DNA from: Felis catus
Taxonomy: Eukaryota
NCBI RefSeq assembly: GCF_018350175.1
Contig: NC_058368.1
Coordinates: forward strand, 55,554,001-55,618,000
Reading direction: 5' to 3'
DNA: 64,000 bases
Part shown: positions 25,462-37,659 of the stretch, one piece after another
How the letters are laid out: the number at the start of each line of letters is the position of its first letter
Numbering within the stretch: position 1 is the stretch's first letter
Position numbers and translations under genes: made by a program
The notes under the pieces: model-generated
What the model saw: the letters and a program-made list of their open reading frames with translations, nothing else
Told to the model about the DNA's origin: nothing
The model's database searches: none

Positions 25462-27045
25462 ACCCCTCTTTTTATATGTGTATTTTTACTTTGGCATATA
25501 CTTATCTTTTCTACTTTCAAGGATATTTGTAGTTAGCATTATTTTCTAACCCTTTGATTATAAAAAATTTGCCATCACTCTGAAAGCATAAATATCAAAA
25601 TAATGATTTTTATGCTGTCAGTGTTGGGGAGAATGAAATTATGATAGAAAAAATTTCAAAAGTGACTTAGTGATATATTGATCTATTTTGTAGACTTTTG
25701 CATAAGTTACCTTGCTAGTGTGACTTCACTTACCCTGTCACAAGTGAGGTTGTTATCTTATTTTGTTTGAATTTAACTTTCTTACATATTTTACGTTACC
25801 TTATCCTGTTTTTTTAATCTGTATTTTTACATTGAGATTTTCTGTCATATATTTTATGATGCTTGCCTGGCTGCTCCTATGAGTGAGGCACCTAAAATGT
25901 GATAGGCATTCCTGTGCACAGCTGGAACTTGCCAACTGCTAGGCTGACATAAGCTTAAATGAGTGAATAGAGAACAAGTCATTCCTTTAAGCAGAGCTAC
26001 ACAAGTCAGTATCATTAGATCTTTTACTGACATATCCCCCTTTTTAGTAAAGTATCTCTCTGGTCCTGTGCCTTTCTTTGAATTTCTAATTTATGCTCTA
26101 TTCTGCACTTATAAGACAGTTAAAAGATTTCATTTTGCTCAGTGTTGATTACATTCAGAATCCTCAGGTGTTCATCTGTAAATGAATTCAAGTCGATCTG
26201 AAAATATTTCATTGTACTTCTTAGCTAATAGTAGATCATACTATTACATTGTCAATAATCTGTCTTAATTCAGTTTATTTGCAGTTCTTTTGGTTTGTTT
26301 CATTTTGGAAACATATATTCAAATATTAGACTTTGGAGAGGCTAGTACAAAAGGATTAAGGGAGATCAACCTTGTAAACTGGACAGTGTTTAAATTGCAG
26401 CTTTATATGATATCAGTATATTTCATTATTCCCTTGGTTGGGTCGCAGGTTTGTATAATTGCTTAAGTAGACCTACCACTTTCTCACATGATCAGGCAGA
26501 AAAATTCTTAGATTTTCCAGTAAGTATATATTAGCTCTGTGGTACTGAGACTTTCTAATCTAAAACATAATAAATCTGTCTCTGTTTTGCTTGTATTTAC
26601 ATTGGGTGGCACAGGGCACTCAGCTTTAATTCCAATCAGGTAGTTACACTTGTCAATATAGATCCAAATATATATGGGATAAAATTTTCAAAGCTTGCCA
26701 TCATATCTGTGAAAGGTTTTCAGGAATCTATTAGGCTAAAATACACTAGCTGAAAACACTTCTATATTTCATATCAAATAATCATGGTTAAAATTTTATA
26801 AACCTCATATTAAAACTTCCTTTGGCTTGAAGCTTTAAGGTGATATTTTTCTTACTGTAAAATATATGAAACTATGGTGATCTAAAATGTGTTGTTATGT
26901 CATTTCGTTGTCATTAAACAATTAGATATGTCACCCCTTGAAACACCATTAAGTCTTGAGCTGTACTTGGTGTAGAAACAATCTGTGACATCTCAGGTTT
27001 CTAGCTGTTGTCACAAACAGCGTGCTAAATTACTTTAGCATATAC

Positions 27046-27261
27046 TTTTTTAAAATTTTTTTTTAACATTTATTTTTGAGACAGAGAGAGACAGCATGAA
27101 CGGGGGAGGGTCAGAGAGAGAGGGAGACACAGAATCTGAAACAAGCTCCAGGCTCTGAGCAGTCAGCACAGAGCCCGACGCGGGGCCTGAACTCACGGAC
27201 CGCGAGATTGTGACCTGAGCCGAAGTCAGACACTTAACCGACTGAGCCACCCAGGCGCCCC
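27046..27261 (-). mobile_element. Feline SINE
   Basis: Near-consensus; imperfect TSD tagcatatactttt / taccatatattttt. Confidence 0.96.
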
Positions 27262-27447
27262 TACCATATATTTTTTAAGTAACAGAAAGATATAGTGCTT
27301 TCAGCATCATAAAGACTTATCCTTCCTTAGGAGAGTGCTTTGTTTGTTTCATACTTTATTACTTTCAGTGTCTGTGGACTAAAGACTATGAATATCAACA
27401 AAGCAATTCAACCTACTTTATTAAGTATCTAAGGCAGAAAACAGTTT

Positions 27448-27667
27448 CTTTTTTTTGTTTTTTTCAACGTTTATTTATTTTTGGGACAGAGAGAGACAGA
27501 GCATGAACGGGGGAGAGGCAGAGAGAGAGGGAGACACAGAATCGGAAACAGGCTCCAGGCTCTGAGCCATCAGCCCAGTGCCCGACGCGGGGCTCGAACT
27601 CACGGACCGCGAGATCGTGACCTGGCTGAAGTCGGACGCTTAACCGACTGCGCCACCCAGGCGCCCC
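27448..27667 (-). mobile_element. Young feline SINE (SINEC_Fc)
   Basis: CpG-rich; TSD AGAAAACAGTTT at 27436 and 27669. Confidence 0.97.
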
Positions 27668-30544
27668 AAGAAAACAGTTTCAAAGTCCACAACTGGCTGT
27701 ATCTCAAATTCTAGTGGGTTTTTTTTTTTTGTATTTTCTAGTTTATATTAAGAGTTTCTTTCATCTTCAGTGACATTACTACATTGTCTAAACTCTCTGG
27801 ATTCAATTATATTTTTTCAGTTGAATTTAGAATTAGAATAAACCCACACAGGTCTAGTTCCATTTAAAATGCTTTCTGATACTATAAAAATTTATAATTT
27901 TGTTTAAAGTAGGTATCCGTGGGGTACAGGGGTTTGTAGAGATAAGTTATGAAAATGAACAAAAACATTAATTGCTTTGAAAGATTTTAATATTTATTGA
28001 ACTTAGGTAAACACTGCATTTACTGTTCATTGTGGAAGAGAATAATAGCTAAGAAAGGGAGATAAAATGAGAGAAAAACTGTACTTTCAGAAGTAGTGAA
28101 AAATAAAAGATGGCTGCAGAGGGCATGAGTATTTAGTTTTAGGCCTTGAGAATGAGAAGGGATGTTCTTTCTGAGATACCATCTATTTTTTTTCACAGAC
28201 ACTCTGCCACTCCCTTAGGTTTTTTTCTGGCCCTAACGGTGAATTGGATGATCAGTAATATGCTTTGTAATTCAAAATAATATAATTCTTTGCTTCTTGC
28301 ATTATTCTGATATTCAGAGTTGCATAAATGTTTTGAGAAGACACTTGAGTTCACAGAAAGTTGATAAGGGATTGTGTTAAAATTTGAGCCATTAGTACTA
28401 ATGAGAATCAAATAAGGGGTCTGTATAGTTAAGAGACAGAGAGAATGCCTGGGCAAAAAAATAACTTGTGAGGAATTGTCCCAGTGATCATGTTATTTTT
28501 TCCCTCAATATAAATAAATGGATGCTTTGTAGTATAAGAGGACAAGTAGAAAAAGGTTTTATTTGTGGCAAAAAGAGTGGAGATTTATCAGGAAATTCTT
28601 CAAGATTAACTACTGACTATTAATTTATATATAGAGAGAATTTTCTCTAGAGAGTTGTGCCGTGTGTTAATATTATGATTTTCTTGTTAACCATCTTTTT
28701 TCAGAATTGCAGTAACAATTATTTACCTTTGTGTCTTTAAGTAACTTTGATAACACATATGTGTTTAATTTTCAAGATATATAACTAAATATATATAAGT
28801 AAACATATGTATTTTAATAATTTCTCCTTTGTACCATAATGTTAGAAAAATGATGTCATATCCTATGATCTATTGTAAAATGTGCCTCTTAAAATCTTAG
28901 TGCTGTTTTTCATGAGCAGAATTATGTATGTTAAGCATGATTACTTTAGAGGCATCTAAGGCTAAAGTGATACAGTCAAGTAGTTAATAATTGTTAGTTT
29001 CAAGTTGTTAGAAATACTAACCATAAATATTCACTGCAACTTTCATAGACTGTTAGAATATATTATTAAAATGAAACAAATTATATTAAAAGCCTTATAA
29101 CATTAAATCTGCCCAATAAAGTACTAACATTATTCTAACTTTACATAAACATTGTTAACCCTTAAGAATTATTGCCTGTGCAAGTCTTTTGAAGAATCTA
29201 GATGCTACTATCCAACAAAAATAAGGGTGAACATTCCAATAAAAGTAAGGACCAGAATTAAGACATAAGAATTTAGGCAGAATGAGTCTGAAATAACAAT
29301 GATGTATCTATGTGGAGCTGTTATATAAGCAGTTGAAGACAGATTTACATAATCTGAATTAAAGACTAGGTAATTCAAGTTGATTTAGGAGTTGAAACTT
29401 TAAAATATGATCTTTTTACTATATGATTTATTAGTTGGTAGAAAGAAAAATGAGTGTCCATAGAGGGTCCTGATGAATTTCTACAGAGGGGTTGGTAAGG
29501 GTGAATTCAATCAGCAAGAAAGGAAAAAAAAAAAAAAAAAAGTGTCAGATAGGTAAGAGATAAAAACCTAACAAATTGAATAGGGGATTTCTAGAAAACT
29601 TAAGGACCTTGTTTTAGAAAAAAAATTTTTTAATATAATTCACTTTTAAGTATATCAAAATGTGAATAAGTATCTGTTAAGGAGATAATTGCATGGAATA
29701 CATCTATGACTTATAAAAGCAATACCTTGTATTATGCTAGTGTATATTTTGTTGTTAGATCATAACAAGCTTATGATATAACTTCTCTTTTACTTAATGA
29801 TACTAAGTTTTATCAGATGTTTTCTGGCAAATATGGGTTTGTTTTTAAAAAATCGTCACTCAGTAATCATATCTATGGAGTCAAGCACGTATTATCTTCA
29901 TTTAGTAAGTTTTTAAAAATACTTTTATCTATAAAGTGTGTGTATGTGTATATATACATATATATATAGTTATTTCAGTAGTTTTACTTATTTTTGTTAA
30001 GCATCTTTATTAGTTGTATATGTTTGTATTATTTGTATATGTTTGTAACCTTTCTTAGGTTGTAAATTTCTCCTTTTGTCTATTCTTTAGAATAGTTTCA
30101 CCCATATCCAAACCATCATTTTTTAAACATGCATGGAGGCAGTCAGTGAAATAAATGGAACCATCTTTAATTCAGTTTCTTAGTTTTTCTCTGTTAATTC
30201 TTCTGTTCAGATTTTTCCAATTGATTTTCAGGTAAAAGTGAGATTTTATTCTAAAATCACCTAGAATTCAAGTAGACCCGTATGAAGTAACCACTATCTC
30301 AACATGTTCATAAATCTACTTCCTCTGCTCATGTTGCAGTGGTGAACCCTCCAGCTCCTGTGTATCAGCTAAAATTCAAAAGTTAAATATATGCCATATG
30401 TTGTCTTTTCCAAAGTATTTAGTTATCTAGTATTGGGAAACCAAATAATCTTACTCTAATTTGTATTTCTATTTGAATAAGTGGGTAATTTATACTGAAA
30501 CAGGAAAAATATAATTGCTATTGAATGTAAACCAGTATTCAGTG

Positions 30545-30770
30545 AATTTCTAACTACTCCATATGAGCAGTACTGCAGGAAATTTATATAGATTATCTTT
30601 AATTCTTACCATAACTTTATAAGGCAGTTATTATTATTTCTCTTTTTATAGTCATAAACTTGAAGGCCTGTGATATTAAGTAATCAGCCCAAAATATTTC
30701 ACTAAAGAAATATTTATTAGGCATATGACAGATGCCTGGTTTAATATGCTAAAGTCTTAAATCAATCCAT
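30545..30770 (-). mobile_element. MIR-like fragment
   Basis: tttaattcttaccataactttataaggcagttattatt...ttttatag...taagtaatcagcccaa. Confidence 0.5.
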
Positions 30771-30970
30771 TAATTTCAAATGAGTGATAATCCAGTAAAA
30801 TTGTTTACCTAAAATATATCATCTCTCACCCAGTCTCCTTATACGTGACAGGGGTTGTGGATAAAAAAGGAACAAATCCTTTATCTGTTAACAAACTTCT
30901 ATTGGATAAGAAATGTATATGTAATAAAAAAATTAGGACATTTTAAAGATTTTTAAAATACCTTTAAACA

Positions 30971-31190
30971 TTTTTTTTAAATATATATTTTTAAATGTTT
31001 GTTTTTCAGAGAGAGAGAGAGATTGAGAACGAGGGAGGGGCAGAAAGAGAAGGACACACAGAAGCTGAAGCAGGCTTCAGGCTCTGAGCTGTCAGCACAG
31101 AGCCAGATGCAGGGCTTGACCTCATGAACTGTGAGAACATGACCTGAGCTGAAGCCAGACACTCAACTGGCTGAGCCACCCAGGCACCCC
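30971..31190 (-). mobile_element. Feline SINE
   Basis: Reverse head ctgagccacccaggcacccc; TSD AAAATACCTT at 30955 and 31191. Confidence 0.95.
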
Positions 31191-31705
31191 AAAATACCTT
31201 GTAAAAATCAATGAAAAACATTGTTTATATTTATTTAAATTGTTGTGTTATATGCAATAATAATTAAATATCATATTATAAAGCAGCACAGAACATTGAA
31301 TTATGAAAACAAATATTTTAAATCTCCCACTTTCATTTTTCAAGATTCTTTAAGAGGAAATGTGTATCTCCCCAGATATCTGAATATCAAAAAATATGTG
31401 ATACATACACCTTATCAAAAGTAAGCCACTTAGTATATTTTCTTTACAAATTCCCTTTATCTTAAATATGTATAACATTTGCATTCACAATAAACATTTG
31501 ACAATTTTTCTTCCACATGCAGCTGGAATTATTTAATCAGTCTTTTGATAACTATAACTTATTTAATTTTACTAATATTCTATTATAACTTATCCTGGAC
31601 ATATTTATATACTATTTTATGTAGAATTGTCTTATTTCCTTATAAAAATATTCCCAATTTAAAATTATAGAGCTAGAGGACATTGGCAATTAAAATGTTG
31701 GTACA

Positions 31706-31908
31706 GGGGTGCCTGGGTGACTCAGTGGATTAAATGTGTTACTTTGGCTCAGGTCCTGATCTCATGGTTTGTTAGTTTGAGCTCCGCATTGGTCTCCACA
31801 CTCACAATGTAGAGCCTGTTTGGGTTTCTCTCTTTCTCTTCCTCTGCCTCTCCCCAACTCATGCTTATTCTCTCTCTCTCTCAAAATTAATAAATAAACT
31901 TAAAAAAA
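31706..31908 (+). mobile_element. Carnivore SINE
   Basis: Head ggggtgcctgggtgactcag, (CT)n, aataaataaac tail. Confidence 0.92.
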
Positions 31909-31989
31909 TAAAATGATACATATTAAATTGGAAGCGTTTGTTATATTGTCATTAGTGTTTATTTTCTCATATTTTAATCCACAAAAAAT

Positions 31990-32510
31990 TGTATCCGTCA
32001 AAATTGCATAAACAAATACTGCATGCACCACCAAGTTCTATCCTATGTTGATAGCAAGTAGAAATGTATGCATATGTGAACCAAAGACATGTCCAACAAT
32101 GTTTAGAATTAAGGCCAATGTTTAGAATAGCACCAGAATGGAAAAAAGAATTTTGAAAGTCCATCAGTAGCAAAATGAATGAATATATTTATGTAGCAAT
32201 AAATATGTAGAATAATAATAATAATTGTACCAGATAATGCTAAAACCAAAAGTGTGGATGAATGTTAGATTAAAAAAAAGCAACTCTTAATTGGTCCTCT
32301 AATATAAAGTTTACAAATGATCAAAATTAATTATGATAGAAGGTGGTATCATGAACTTTATGTGAAGGGAGAAATATTAATGAGTGAGAAGAATAGCTTT
32401 TGAGCTGCTGGTAATGTTCTGTGTCTTGACCTGGATGGCAGGTACACAAATGTGCTTTTTGAAAAATTGTGAAGATGCACACTTGTGATCATGTATTTCT
32501 GTATATATTC
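31990..32510 (+). mobile_element. Old LINE-1 3' fragment (L1ME-like)
   Basis: catatgtgaaccaaagacatgt; gctgctggtaatgttctgtgtcttgacctggatgg. Confidence 0.55.
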
Positions 32511-34115
32511 AAGTGATTTTGTTAAAGCATTTATTAAAACAAATGTTTTGACATTTTGTGCTTATTTAAATGCTTTTGACAGCTGAGAATTGCAAGACCT
32601 TATGATGACTTGTTCTTTCATTTTGATTTTCTCTCTTTGTATGGTTGTTAATTTCCAATGTGTTACCTCTAAGCCTTTCTCAAACTATCTTCTCATGGTG
32701 TAAATCTTATCTCCATTAATGTATTGTAATACAAATGCACATATATATTGCAGCTATTAAATAAGAAAGTAGAACTTTTATGTGCCTTTACAACTAATTT
32801 ATTTTTGTGTGCTTCTTATTCAAGTGTCTTAAGGTTGGTTCACATTCTTCTAGGGTTTAGTTGATCTTGACCCAGCTTGGCTGATCTTTATCCCAACTAT
32901 GGGTCATACTTACCCATTTCTCCTATAGACCAGCTGCTCTCCTGTTTTTTTTTTATCCAGGATCATAGAGTGCAAGAGGTCAAGCCAGTTATACAGTCAC
33001 ATTGAAACATTCTCTTTGTTTCACATATGCTAACATCCTACTTATCAAAACAAATCACATAGACAATCTCAGTGTCAATGGGGAAGAAAAATGTGTCCCA
33101 CCTAGGGCCAAGGTTAGGGTGGAGCTAGTGAGAAAAAGTTGTGCAACTAAAGGGTATGATCTGTTTTTATTTAGAATTTTGGTATTTTTAAATAATTAAC
33201 TTTTCTTGCATTAAATTCAGTTGTTTTAAAAATATTGTACTAAAATATGTACCTTATTATTGAGGTTTTGATCCCTCATTACATTTTGTGCCTGAGGAGA
33301 AGGCAGAGTGCCTCTCATGTCATTACCGTCACTGCCATTAGTCTAGTGAGGTGATTCCACTTAACTCTAATGATTGATACTAAAGGCACTTGACAAAGCT
33401 ATGGATTACATATAATAATATATAGCATATGTACAATAATATAGGATATGTACAGTAATTAAATATATAATTAAGGTAATAAAAATAATCAGAATGAGTG
33501 ATCACAAAAATAATGTTTTATGAGCTTTATGAGTCTACAAGTGGCTTCTAAATTTCTAGCTTTAAATTTCCTAATCCAAAAATGGTTACACAGATATGTT
33601 TTATAAATTTTAAAAATTATTATAAACATTTACAATTATACACCCACACATCAGCACTTACAAAAAGTAAATAAAATGAATGTGCCTTATTATGATGTCC
33701 GTATTTGCATGGGTTGATCATAAAATTGCCAGAATCTTCTTAGCACAATAATTCATGTTTCCAAGAGCAATTCCACATCCTTCCTGATGAGAGAAATGTT
33801 TTTATTTCATATGCTTTATAACTGTGCTCTCCTGGAACAACAACTTAATTATATGTATCTTGAGTAATGTTCTCATTATATATGTCAGAAAACAGTCCTA
33901 CTATTTAACTCAAATGAAAATCTAAATGTGAAAGAGAAAATGCTGTTTCTTTTCAGTATTTGAATTGTGTTTTTCTTTTCAGCAGGATTGCTTTAGGTGT
34001 TACTGAAGCTATAAGAACTGAATGGTTTAGGGTCACACTACCACATACGTTAAATATGTAATAAAATCTAAGAGAATTCTACAGGTTTCTGATTTTGCCC
34101 AAAAGACGACTTCAC

Positions 34116-34410
34116 TATATACATACATATATATAATAATATCATTATAATTATTATTATAATTATATAATTATAATGACATATATAATTTATATAATTA
34201 ATTATAATCATATAATATATTTACATTATTAGTAATGATAATTATAATTAATTATATAATTATTAATTATCATTAATATATAATTATTTATATTGATTAC
34301 AATATATATTTATATTATATAATTATATATAATTATAATATATAATATATATAATATATTATAAATAATTGTATAATTATAATATATTATATTATATTAT
34401 TATTAATTAA
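34116..34410. repeat. Almost pure A/T low-complexity tract
   Basis: About 290 bp of TA/TAA/TTA units with very few G/C. Confidence 0.92.
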
Positions 34411-34594
34411 TTTCATGGTACAGGTACTTAAACTATATATACACACATATATATGTATGTGTATATATATGTATACGTATGTATGTGTATACATACATAC
34501 GTATACATATATATATATACATATGTATGTATACACATACATATATATATGTATGTGTATATATATAGTTTAAGTACCTGTACCATGAAATTAA
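34407..34594. repeat. Inverted repeat with perfect 35-bp arms around an alternating purine-pyrimidine spacer
   Basis: TTAATTTCATGGTACAGGTACTTAAACTATATATA (34407-34441) is the exact reverse complement of 34560-34594. Confidence 0.95.
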
Positions 34595-35716
34595 ATATAA
34601 ATTTAAATTAGCTGAGAAGTCTGAAGTTGCCTTCTTTATGTTGTAATTTCCCACCTAGATTACCTACAGGTAATAATTCAGGAAGGAAATTTCTGTGTGC
34701 TTAACCTACCTGCTGGTGCTAATGCTTTGGAAGCAGAAGGGATAGTGAGTGTGGCAGTGTCAGGGAGGATCTATCCCATACCGTTCCCCAATGGCTTCCA
34801 AAAGCAGAGGAAGGACATATAAACCTGGAAACACATTTCACAGAGAGGCACTTTCTGATAACACACATACTTTAAGCATTGTTGATACCTTCAAAAAAGA
34901 AGGTGGAGAAGAAGCATAAAAGAGATCCCAGGAATATCCTGAATTATATATTGGATCGTGGAATAATTTAAATGAATTTCCTTAATAATTTCTTCTTATC
35001 TAATACGTGAGTGTTTTTTATACTTCATTTTGTTTTAGAACTTCTATTGGGTAATATTTATCTTTCTATTTGTCCCCAAACAACATATGTATTCTTTCCA
35101 TAATTTCAATTTCTACCTTAATGCTGTAAATTCTCCCCTCATATATTAGCTGAAAACCTGAATGACTGTGTGACCTGGGAGCTTTGAGAAATGAAGAAGG
35201 AAATGGTGTTATTTGTTGCTATTGTTTCTCTTTTTGATAAAATTCTTATGCAGTCTGAAATAGAATGCTGTGTAGAATGGCATCATTCTAGTTGCTTTTG
35301 CCTTATGTATGAATAAAGGATGTTGTTTGGGAAAAATCTTATTCTAGTTGCTTCTGCCTAACTTTTACCAACACCCTAATCAGTATAGTCCCAACTCACA
35401 GGACTTCTGGGTGTGACTTCCCTTGAATGCTACATAGCTTTGGTAGCAAAGAACTCTATTTACGGTGTGATTGATAGCCTATGACACTTTCTTACATGTG
35501 GAACGACTCATACGAATAAGACTCTTAAATTTTGTAAAGTGAACTTCAGCTCTAATTCTATGTTTCTGGAAAATATTAGTTTTGTTTTAATTTACTAGGA
35601 TTCAATTTCTGTTTGTTTTATTTTATTTTTTACTTTTATGTGTCAAATTATTGTTTAGGGCCCAAGATTTACAAAGGAATTTGTGGTTTACGAATTAGTT
35701 TAAGATTAGGATTTTC

Positions 35717-35941
35717 TTTTTTTTTTTTAATTTTTTTTCAACGTTTATTTATTTTTGGGACAGAGAGAGACAGAGCATGAACGGGGGAGGGGCAGAGAGA
35801 GAGGGAGACACAGAATCGGAAACAGGCTCCAGGCTCTGAGCCATCAGCCCAGAGCCTGACGCGGGGCTCGAACTCCCGGACCGCGAGATCGTGCCCTGGC
35901 TGAAGTCGGACGCTTAACCGACTGCGCCACCCAGGCGCCCC
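35717..35941 (-). mobile_element. Young feline SINE (SINEC_Fc)
   Basis: Perfect 16-bp TSD TAAGATTAGGATTTTC at 35701 and 35942; CpG-rich. Confidence 0.98.
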
Positions 35942-36049
35942 TAAGATTAGGATTTTCAAAGAAAATCCAAGTTGATATTCCCTACAATGTTGTATCACAT
36001 TCTTCACATTTGCTCCAATATCTTTTAATGATGTTGATCATGACCTCCC

Positions 36050-36241
36050 TTTTTAAAAATATTTTTTAAGTACATTTATTTATTTTGAGAGAGAGAGCAG
36101 GAGAGGGGCAGAAAGAGAATCCCAAGCAGCTCTGCACCCTCAGCACGGAGCCAGACATGGAGCTCCAACCCAAGAACCATGAGATCATGACCTGAGCCGA
36201 AACCAAGAGTCAGACGGTTAACTGAGCCACCCAGGCACCCC
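36050..36241 (-). mobile_element. Carnivore SINE
   Basis: Reverse head actgagccacccaggcacccc; degenerate TSD gatcatgacctc / gatcatggtctc. Confidence 0.93.
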
Positions 36242-37659
36242 AGATCATGGTCTCTCTTCTAAACAGATTAGCCTTATTCCTCTCAATCCACTTACCATGT
36301 AGTATTTTTTTCTTCCATTAGATCTTACTATTTCCTGTCATTTAAATGATATCCTTAGTTATTAATTTTTAATTGTCTATTGACTTCTGCTAGAATGTAA
36401 GATGGTAGCTGTTTATATTGCTTTTGTTTTCTGATCTGTGTCAATTTCCTTTGTCGGGGAAAGTTATAGTAAGTTATCAGTATTTTTTTTAATGAGCAAG
36501 TAAAAACATCTAGACTCTTTTTGAATCTGGAGTTTTATAATTTTGCATTTGTATAGTAGCTAACTCTATTCATTTTTTAGAGCAATGTAACAAATATTGA
36601 AAGAGCATCAAAAATTGACCTCTTAAGCCAGCAGTATGTCATCACATAGGCGTTTATCCCAAACTTATTTCTTACTATGTGCTTTCCCCCGAAATAAAAC
36701 AGAACTGGAAACAGAACTTTTTAGAAAATAAATCCATTGTTATGAACTTCAGTACATTAAAACTTGTGTTCTGTAAAAGGAACAAACCATCATCCGTTTG
36801 ATTATAATTTGCTTTATGAGTAGCATAGAATTATTGCCTTGGGATTCTTTATTCTTGTAGCCAGCCTTGTCTTGATCAATAGGCTTCCCTTAGAGGGATC
36901 ATTAGAACACAAGTTGACATTCATTAGTATTTAAAAGATGAACAACATAATACATTTTCTTTGTGTTCAACAGTCTGGTATTATTTGCTTCGATATGCAA
37001 ACTAAATCACAGCAAAAAATAAATACATGACTATACTTTTTATGTTCTAGATTTAACAGTGCAAATATGGCTCTACTGGGCTTAACCCTATATTAAAATG
37101 ATTTGATAGTTTAGCCAGAGCATCATATTCTGAGGACATAAATATAATTCATCTAATTCTGAGTTTGTTATTAAACTGTAGTTCTTGTGAAAGGAAGTAA
37201 CATTATTTGACCTCACAATAGGTACATTAGGGATGAATGTTCCATTTGTGCTTGTATTTTTCTGATAATTTATATTTAACTTTAGTAAGTGATTCCTTAA
37301 TCCTTTAAAAATATTGGCTATCCTCCTTGCAGGGAAAAAATAAAAGTATACTATATTTCAAACCTATATTCTTGAGAAAAAGGCAACAGGCAATTTCTTT
37401 TGGTATGTTAAATACAGTGATGTGGGAAAGAAAAAAATTAAAAATGTATAGTTACCACACAAAGTTTGCAAGGTTTCTTAATTTTAAACACAGTTTAGCT
37501 AACAAGCTGCACAAAGAAATATTGAACACAATATCAAAATTATTTAGTGTTATTTCTTAAGGGCGATTTTGAATATTTCAAATGTTTTTGACTTCCACCA
37601 TTATTTTTGTAATCAGTAAAAACTTAAAATTTTCAATTTTTTAAAGTAAATACATTTTC

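Noticed and set aside
33102..33340. Possible hAT MITE (MER96-like)
   Set aside because: Termini too degenerate to call without a repeat library search.
34433..34654. [13 protein letters not shown] ORF, and the LSLS/ERER ORFs at 47316-47655
   Set aside because: Microsatellite translations.
35285..35359. 19-bp direct repeat attctagttgctt(t/c)tgcct with a 37-bp spacer, CRISPR-like spacing
   Set aside because: Only two copies, mammalian context, no cas genes; a local duplication or old TSD.
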